The notes under the pieces are model-generated. The model was given only the letters and a program-made list of their open reading frames with translations. It was not told where the DNA came from and did not search any database. Below are positions 58,486 through 64,000 of a stretch of DNA of 64,000 bases, in pieces. The position numbers and the translations under genes are program-made. Numbering within the stretch: the first letter of the stretch is position 1; each line of letters opens with the position of its first letter. The DNA is from Acidobacteriota bacterium (GTDB taxonomy: Bacteria > Acidobacteriota > Vicinamibacteria > Fen-336), in assembly GCA_022340585.1 (NCBI GenBank), contig JAJDNS010000132.1:7967-71966 (forward strand). The letters run 5' to 3'.

Positions 58486-60885
58486 ATGAGCAGGCCCACA
58501 AGGATCGAGAACCCTTACGGCTACCACGACGTCGAGAGGCGCGAGTACGTCATCACGAGACCGGACACGCCGACGCCCTGGATCAACTACCTGGGCGAGG
58601 GCCGCTACGGGGGCATCATCTCCAACACCGCCGGCGGCTACTCCTTCGACCGCGACCCGCGCAACCGCCGGGTCACGCGCTATCGGTACAACTCCATACC
58701 CGCCGATCAGCCCGGCCGATATGTCTACCTGCGCGACCAGACGAGCGGGGAGTTCTGGAGCCCCACCTGGCAGCCGGTCGTGCCCCGAAACCTGGACGCC
58801 TACGAGTGTCGCCACGGGACCGCCTACACCCGCATCACCAGCCGGTACCGGGGGATCGAGACCGACATCCTCTACTTCGTGCCTCCGAGCCCGCCCGACG
58901 AGGCGTGTCCCTGCGAGCTGTGGGTCGTGAAGGTCCGCAACGCCGGTGACCGGGCCCGAACCCTCCGCACGTTCAGCTACGCCGAGCTCAGCTTCTACGA
59001 CGCCATGACCGACCAGACCAATCTGGACTGGGGCATGCAGATCCTCCGGAGCCGCGAGGAGGACGGGACTCTGCTCGCCTCGACCCAGTTCCTTCCCGAC
59101 GTCACGTGGTTCGCCTCGAGCCGGTCGCCGGTGGGCTTCGACACCGATCGGGAGGTCTTCGTCGGCCCGTACCGCGACCTCGCTCGCCCGGAGGTCGTCG
59201 AGCGGGGCGAGCCCCGGGGCAGCCTGGCCTCGTGCGGCAACAACATCGCTTCCCTGTGCCACGAGGTCCCGCTCGAACCGGGGGCGGAGGAGACGATCGT
59301 CTTCATGCTGGGGGTCACCGAGGAGGCGGGAGAGATTCCGAGGGTCGTGGGTCGATTCAGCGACACGGCGAGCGTCGAGGAGTCCTTGGCCACACTGCGC
59401 GCCGACTGGGACGAGTACCTGGGCAAGCTCTCGGTCGAGACCCCCGACCCCGAGCTCGACGTGATGGTCAACTTCTGGAACGCGGTCCAGTGCCGTTCGA
59501 CGTTGTACTGGTCCCGGTTCGTGTCCGGGTACGACACCGGGCTGGGCCGCGGCATCGGCACCCGCGACTCGGCCCAGGACACCCTGGGCACCGTCCACAA
59601 CCTTCCCGACAAGGCCCGGGACATGCTCACCGCCCTGTGGAAGCTCCAGTTCCAGGATGGCCACACCTGGCACCAGGTCTTCCCCCTGACCGGCGAGGGC
59701 GGGCCCGGTCTCGCCGGCGAGTTCCCGGAGTGGCCCCAGTGGTTCAGCGACGACCACCTGTGGCTGATCCTCGGGACCTGCGCGTACCTCCGGGAGACGG
59801 CCGACTTCACCTACCTGGACGAGCAGATCCCGTTCCAGGACGGCGCTGACGCAACGGTCTGGGAGCACCTCCTGCGGGCGGTGGGCTTTGCCCTCGACAA
59901 CCGGGGCCCCCACGGGCTCCCCCGCCACGGCTTCTCCGACTGGAACGACACCATGAACATCGACCACGGCAGCGGGAAGGCCGAGAGCGTGTGGACCGCC
60001 CAGCAGCTCTGCCGCGCCGCGCTGGACCTGGCCGAGCTCGGCGATGCCACCGGACGAGCCGAGGACGCCCGGCGATTCCGCGACCTGCACACGGAAATGG
60101 ACGGGATCATCAACCGCGAGGCCTGGGACGGCGCCTGGTACGTCCGGGCCTGGGACGACGACGGGAACCCCGTGGGACACCGCCGGGCGCCGGTCAACCA
60201 GATCAGCCTGAACACGCAGACATGGGCCGTGATGGCAGAGCTCAGCGACGAGGCGCGGGCTCGACGGGCCATGGAGAGCGCCCACGAGCGGCTGAACACG
60301 CCCCTCGGCATCCGCCTGATGACCCCACCCCACGACCGCTTCGAGCTTCGGGTGCGGGGGACCACCACCTTCCCGCCGGGAGCGAAGGAGAACGGCGGCA
60401 TCTTCTGCCACGCGAACACCTGGGCCATCGTGGCCGCCGCCGCCCTGGGTCAGGGTGACCGGGCCCACCAGTACTACCGCCAGATCCTGCCCCTGGCCCG
60501 ACTCGACGCCGACGTCTACGGGGCCGAGCCCTACATCTACTGCCAGAACATCCAAAGCCCCGAGCACCCGCAGCACGGCCGGGGCCGCAACACCTGGCTC
60601 ACTGGCACTGCCTCGTGGGCCTACGTGTCCGCCACCCAGTGGATCCTGGGCATCCGCCCGACCTTCGAGGGCCTGCGGGTCGCCCCGGTGATCCCGGAGT
60701 CGTGGAAGGGCTTCGCCGCCCGACGCGTCTTCCGCGGAGTCACCTACGCGATCACGGTCGAGCGCGTGGGTCCGGGGAACGCGGTTTCCCTCGAGGTCGA
60801 CGGAGAGACGGTCGAGGGCAACGTCGTTCCCCTGCCCGCTGACGGACGGACCGAGGTCGAGGTCGAGGTCCGACTCGGGGACTGA
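58486..60885 (+). CDS. GH94 glycoside phosphorylase (cellobiose/chitobiose phosphorylase-like)
   Basis: TPTPWINY, RYRYN, RDSAQD, SDDHLWL, DWND, ENGGIFCH, WLTGTASW. Confidence 0.92.
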   Translation: MSRPTRIENPYGYHDVERREYVITRPDTPTPWINYLGEGRYGGIISNTAGGYSFDRDPRNRRVTRYRYNSIPADQPGRYVYLRDQTSGEFWSPTWQPVVPRNLDAYECRHGTAYTRITSRYRGIETDILYFVPPSPPDEACPCELWVVKVRNAGDRARTLRTFSYAELSFYDAMTDQTNLDWGMQILRSREEDGTLLASTQFLPDVTWFASSRSPVGFDTDREVFVGPYRDLARPEVVERGEPRGSLASCGNNIASLCHEVPLEPGAEETIVFMLGVTEEAGEIPRVVGRFSDTASVEESLATLRADWDEYLGKLSVETPDPELDVMVNFWNAVQCRSTLYWSRFVSGYDTGLGRGIGTRDSAQDTLGTVHNLPDKARDMLTALWKLQFQDGHTWHQVFPLTGEGGPGLAGEFPEWPQWFSDDHLWLILGTCAYLRETADFTYLDEQIPFQDGADATVWEHLLRAVGFALDNRGPHGLPRHGFSDWNDTMNIDHGSGKAESVWTAQQLCRAALDLAELGDATGRAEDARRFRDLHTEMDGIINREAWDGAWYVRAWDDDGNPVGHRRAPVNQISLNTQTWAVMAELSDEARARRAMESAHERLNTPLGIRLMTPPHDRFELRVRGTTTFPPGAKENGGIFCHANTWAIVAAAALGQGDRAHQYYRQILPLARLDADVYGAEPYIYCQNIQSPEHPQHGRGRNTWLTGTASWAYVSATQWILGIRPTFEGLRVAPVIPESWKGFAARRVFRGVTYAITVERVGPGNAVSLEVDGETVEGNVVPLPADGRTEVEVEVRLGD

Positions 60886-62339
60886 TGGACGTCTACGAGA
60901 AGCTCGCACACCCCCTTGCCCTCGCTGTCTTCATCCTGACGCTCTTCCTGCCCGTCGGCATCGGGTTCCTGGCCCTGCGCCGAACACGCTCGCAGTCGGA
61001 CTTCTTCGTGGGCGGGCGAGCCATGAACCGCTTCGTGGTGGCCCTCTCGGCGGTGTCCTCGGGACGATCCTCGTGGCTGGTCCTCGGGGTGAGTGGGATC
61101 GCCTACGCGCAAGGCGCGAGCGCGGTGTGGGCGGTGGCCGGCTACACGGTGGTGGAGCTCGTGCAGTGCCTCACTCTCGGCCCACGCCTGCGCGTCGAGA
61201 CCGAGAGGCTCGGCTCGATCACGCTGCTCGACTACCTGGAATCCCGTTTCGACGACACCGGTCACCTCCTCCGCCTGCTCGGGGCGCTCGTCATCGGCGT
61301 CTTCATCACCGCCTACGTGGCCGCGCAGTTGAACGCGGGGGCGAAGACGTTGAACGCGGCCCTGAACTGGAACCTCGGTCTGTGCCTGGTGCTGTCGGCG
61401 CTCCTCATACTCGTGTACATGGTCCTGGGTGGCTACGTGGCGGTGGCCTGGAACGACGTGGTCCGGGCGATTCTGATGCTGCTCGGGCTGGTGGCGCTCC
61501 CCGCGTACGGCCTCGTTCGGGTGGGGGGCGTCGCTCACCTCGGTGAGATGCTGATCGCTCTCGACCCGACCGCCGTCGACCCCTTGGCGTTGGGGCTCGG
61601 CGCGTTCATCGGGTTCGTCGGGATCGGGCTGGGGTCGCCGGGCCAGCCTCACATCCTCGTACGCTACATGTCGATCGACGACCCGCGGAACCTGCGGTCC
61701 GTGGCCGTGGTCGGGACCACGTGGAACGTGATCCTCGGCGCGGGGGCGGTGGCCATCGGCCTCCTGGGAAGGGCCCTCGTCCCGCAGGTCGAGAGCCTGC
61801 CGGGCGCCGACCCGGAGATGGTCTACCTGACCCTCTCCTCCCGTTTCTTCGGACCCGTCCTGTTCGGGTTGCTCATCGGCGGTGTCTTCGCCGCCATTCT
61901 CTCCACCGCGGACTCCCAGCTCCTCGTCGTCGCGTCGACCTTCGCGCGAGACGTCCACGAGAAGATCCTCCGCCCGGGCCCGGAGGCGGACGAGGCGGCG
62001 AAGCTCCGCCTGGGTCGTCTCGTGCTCGTGGTCTCCGGAATCGTGGCCCTGGTCCTGGCCTCGCTCGCTCAGGACCTGGTCTTCTGGCTGGTCCTCTTTG
62101 CCTGGGGCGGGCTGGGCGCCTCTCTCGGGCCCGCGCTGATCTTCTCGCTGTTCTGGAAGGGCGCCACCCGCGACGGGATCGCGGCGGGGATGGTCACGGG
62201 CACCCTCGTCACGGTCGTCTGGAGGCTGTGGCTGCGGGAGCCCACCGGCCTCTACGAGCTGGTCCCCGCCTTCGCGCTCGCGACGGTGGCGATCGTCCTG
62301 GTGAGCCTGGCGCAGCACATGGGCCGGGCGAAGCCCTGA
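60885..62339 (+). CDS. Sodium:solute (proline-like) symporter, SSS family
   Basis: DFFVGGR, GQPHILVRYM, AAILSTADSQLL, AWGGLGA. Confidence 0.88.
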   Translation: MDVYEKLAHPLALAVFILTLFLPVGIGFLALRRTRSQSDFFVGGRAMNRFVVALSAVSSGRSSWLVLGVSGIAYAQGASAVWAVAGYTVVELVQCLTLGPRLRVETERLGSITLLDYLESRFDDTGHLLRLLGALVIGVFITAYVAAQLNAGAKTLNAALNWNLGLCLVLSALLILVYMVLGGYVAVAWNDVVRAILMLLGLVALPAYGLVRVGGVAHLGEMLIALDPTAVDPLALGLGAFIGFVGIGLGSPGQPHILVRYMSIDDPRNLRSVAVVGTTWNVILGAGAVAIGLLGRALVPQVESLPGADPEMVYLTLSSRFFGPVLFGLLIGGVFAAILSTADSQLLVVASTFARDVHEKILRPGPEADEAAKLRLGRLVLVVSGIVALVLASLAQDLVFWLVLFAWGGLGASLGPALIFSLFWKGATRDGIAAGMVTGTLVTVVWRLWLREPTGLYELVPAFALATVAIVLVSLAQHMGRAKP

Positions 62340-62402
62340 CCACGAAAGCCCGGAGCAGGAAGACCCTGCCGCGGGCGCGGTGGGATGGAATGGCTCGGAC
62401 GG

Positions 62403-64000
62403 CTAGGCCGCAGCCTCGGCCAGCTGATCCGGCGTGACGATCGCGCCGTACTTCTCCCTGAGGGCCATGAGCCCACGCCGCTGCTCGGCGTACACCTCGA
62501 AGAGCTGGGGCGGCACGTCGCCGTGGACGTAGGCCTCCTCCTGCAGGTCGATGCGGGCCACGATGTTGTCGATGTAGAAGGAGAACTGCTGGTCGTACAG
62601 CTCGCGGGGGTACTCCTTTTCGATGCCGGCGAAGAGCACCTTCAGGTCCTCGTACCTCGGGATGTAGCCGATGGGGGTCTCGATGGCGTCCACGTCGCCG
62701 TGGGCCCGGCGCTCGAGCCAGCCCAGCCAGACCTTGACGTCGCGCTTCTCGCCCAGGAGCTTCGTGCCCTCACCACCGCGGGCGCCGTGGGTCAGGAAGT
62801 AGTTGAGGCCGGACATGATTGGCTTGTCCCTCAGGGCGACCGAGTTGAAGAGCTCGAACTGCGCGGTCATGTAGTCGGCCAGGGCGCCGGGGATGAAGGG
62901 GGCGTTGGCCCAGGGCTGGCGCTTGACGCCGCTCGCCCCGACCTCGGTGGCGGTGGCGGCGGAGACGATGGAGGCCCCGATCACGACTCCGTGGTCCGGG
63001 TTCTTCGCCACCCAGATCGGAGGCATCGTGTCGCTGTCCCGACCACTGTAGGTGATGACCTTGATCGGGACCCCGGCCGGGTCTTCCGCCGCGAGCTCGT
63101 TGTAGTTGCCGATGGCGGAGTTGGAGAGCGTGGCCCGGGCATTGGGGTGGGAGATCGGGATCGGCCTTCCTTCGGCGTCGGTCTTGCCTTCCCACCACTC
63201 ACCCTGGAAGTTGGAGCCCTTCCTTGGGGGCTCCTCCCCGTTGCCCACCCAGTGGGGCACCTTGTCCGCGTCCACCAGGACGTTGGAGAAGATGACCTCG
63301 GTGCCGGGCTCGCGGAGGCACTTCATGAGGTAGGGGTCGCCTTCGCGGTTGACGTCGGCCACGATGCCGAAGATCCCCCGCTCCGGGTTCACCGCCCGGA
63401 GCGTGCCGTCGCCGGCGATCCACATCTGGGCCAGGTCGTCGCCGATGAAGTCGCTGCCCACCATGGCCGTCGTGGTCTTGCCGCAGCCGCTGGGGGCGGC
63501 GCCGGCGAAGTATGTCGTGCGCCCGCCGGGACCGCTCATGCCGGTGATGAACATGTGCTCGGAGAGCATCTTTCCCCTGCCGTAGTACGTCGCCAGGTCC
63601 ACCGCGAAGCGGTGGTTGCCCTTCTTCATGAGCAGCGTGTTTCCGGCATAGGTGCAGAACATGCTGAAGGTGGTCAGCCAGCTCCGGTCCATGAAGATCC
63701 GCGCGTGGGGTAGGTCCTCCTCGCGGTTCGGGCCCTCGGCATGCACGTTGGTGAAGAACACCCCGGTCCGCCTGACCTCGTCGTCGAAGGTCCCGTAGGA
63801 GTTGCGGTAGAGGATGTTGGCGCTGTGCATCACATAGGTCGAGGTGGAGATCTCCAGCGCGGGGATGGTGGCCGGGGCCCCGGCGGGTCCGCGGGTGTAG
63901 AAGCCGATCATGAGCCGCTTGCCCCTGCCGATACCGCTCATCCACCTCTTCACGTAGGCCAGGGCCTCGTCCCGCAGGGTCTTCTTGGCGAGAACGGAGA
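62403..64000 (-). CDS. pckG: GTP-dependent phosphoenolpyruvate carboxykinase (5' end outside window)
   Basis: YAGN, SEHMFITG, GAAPSGCGKT, GDDLA, NPERGIFG, HPNAR. Confidence 0.92.
   Translation of the reverse strand, partial: SVLAKKTLRDEALAYVKRWMSGIGRGKRLMIGFYTRGPAGAPATIPALEISTSTYVMHSANILYRNSYGTFDDEVRRTGVFFTNVHAEGPNREEDLPHARIFMDRSWLTTFSMFCTYAGNTLLMKKGNHRFAVDLATYYGRGKMLSEHMFITGMSGPGGRTTYFAGAAPSGCGKTTTAMVGSDFIGDDLAQMWIAGDGTLRAVNPERGIFGIVADVNREGDPYLMKCLREPGTEVIFSNVLVDADKVPHWVGNGEEPPRKGSNFQGEWWEGKTDAEGRPIPISHPNARATLSNSAIGNYNELAAEDPAGVPIKVITYSGRDSDTMPPIWVAKNPDHGVVIGASIVSAATATEVGASGVKRQPWANAPFIPGALADYMTAQFELFNSVALRDKPIMSGLNYFLTHGARGGEGTKLLGEKRDVKVWLGWLERRAHGDVDAIETPIGYIPRYEDLKVLFAGIEKEYPRELYDQQFSFYIDNIVARIDLQEEAYVHGDVPPQLFEVYAEQRRGLMALREKYGAIVTPDQLAEAAA

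Noticed and set aside
1-64000. tRNA-Sec (selC), sel genes, CRISPR array, rRNA, transposase or integrase
   Set aside because: None recognised in this window by eye; the Sec machinery must lie elsewhere if recoding is real

Overview
High-GC bacterial chromosomal window with no rRNA, tRNA, CRISPR array or intact transposase that I could recognise. Gene content (ECF-kinase pair, DUF1080 proteins, Tat-exported Gfo/Idh/MocA enzymes, Hdr/Kor anaerobic enzymes) suggests an anaerobic or facultative Acidobacteriota-like organism (inference only). The main discovery is a ~12.7-kb operon (18722-31390): Cys-tailed MarR, korDABC, hdrA-like 1, mvhD, hdrD-like, hdrA-mvhD fusion, a 47-aa CxxC/CxxC protein missed by the ORF track, and an hdrC-hdrB fusion. 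Both hdrA genes are interrupted at the same DCSI-TGA-ILGPK position, and each TGA is followed 20 nt later by a near-identical SECIS-like hairpin with a GGUC loop. They are therefore most likely selenoproteins that the ORF track splits. Other notable items are a dispersed palindromic repeat (three copies, one apparently inserted in-frame into a gene), a PEP-synthase-like/histidine kinase/TSUP signalling cluster with a catalytically stripped paralog, four candidate leaderless genes, a GH9-CE2 multidomain enzyme, and an ApbE-DoxX-Gfo/Idh/MocA sugar-oxidation cluster. All product calls come from motif recognition by eye; no database search was run, and start codons are best guesses from RBS and overlap patterns.
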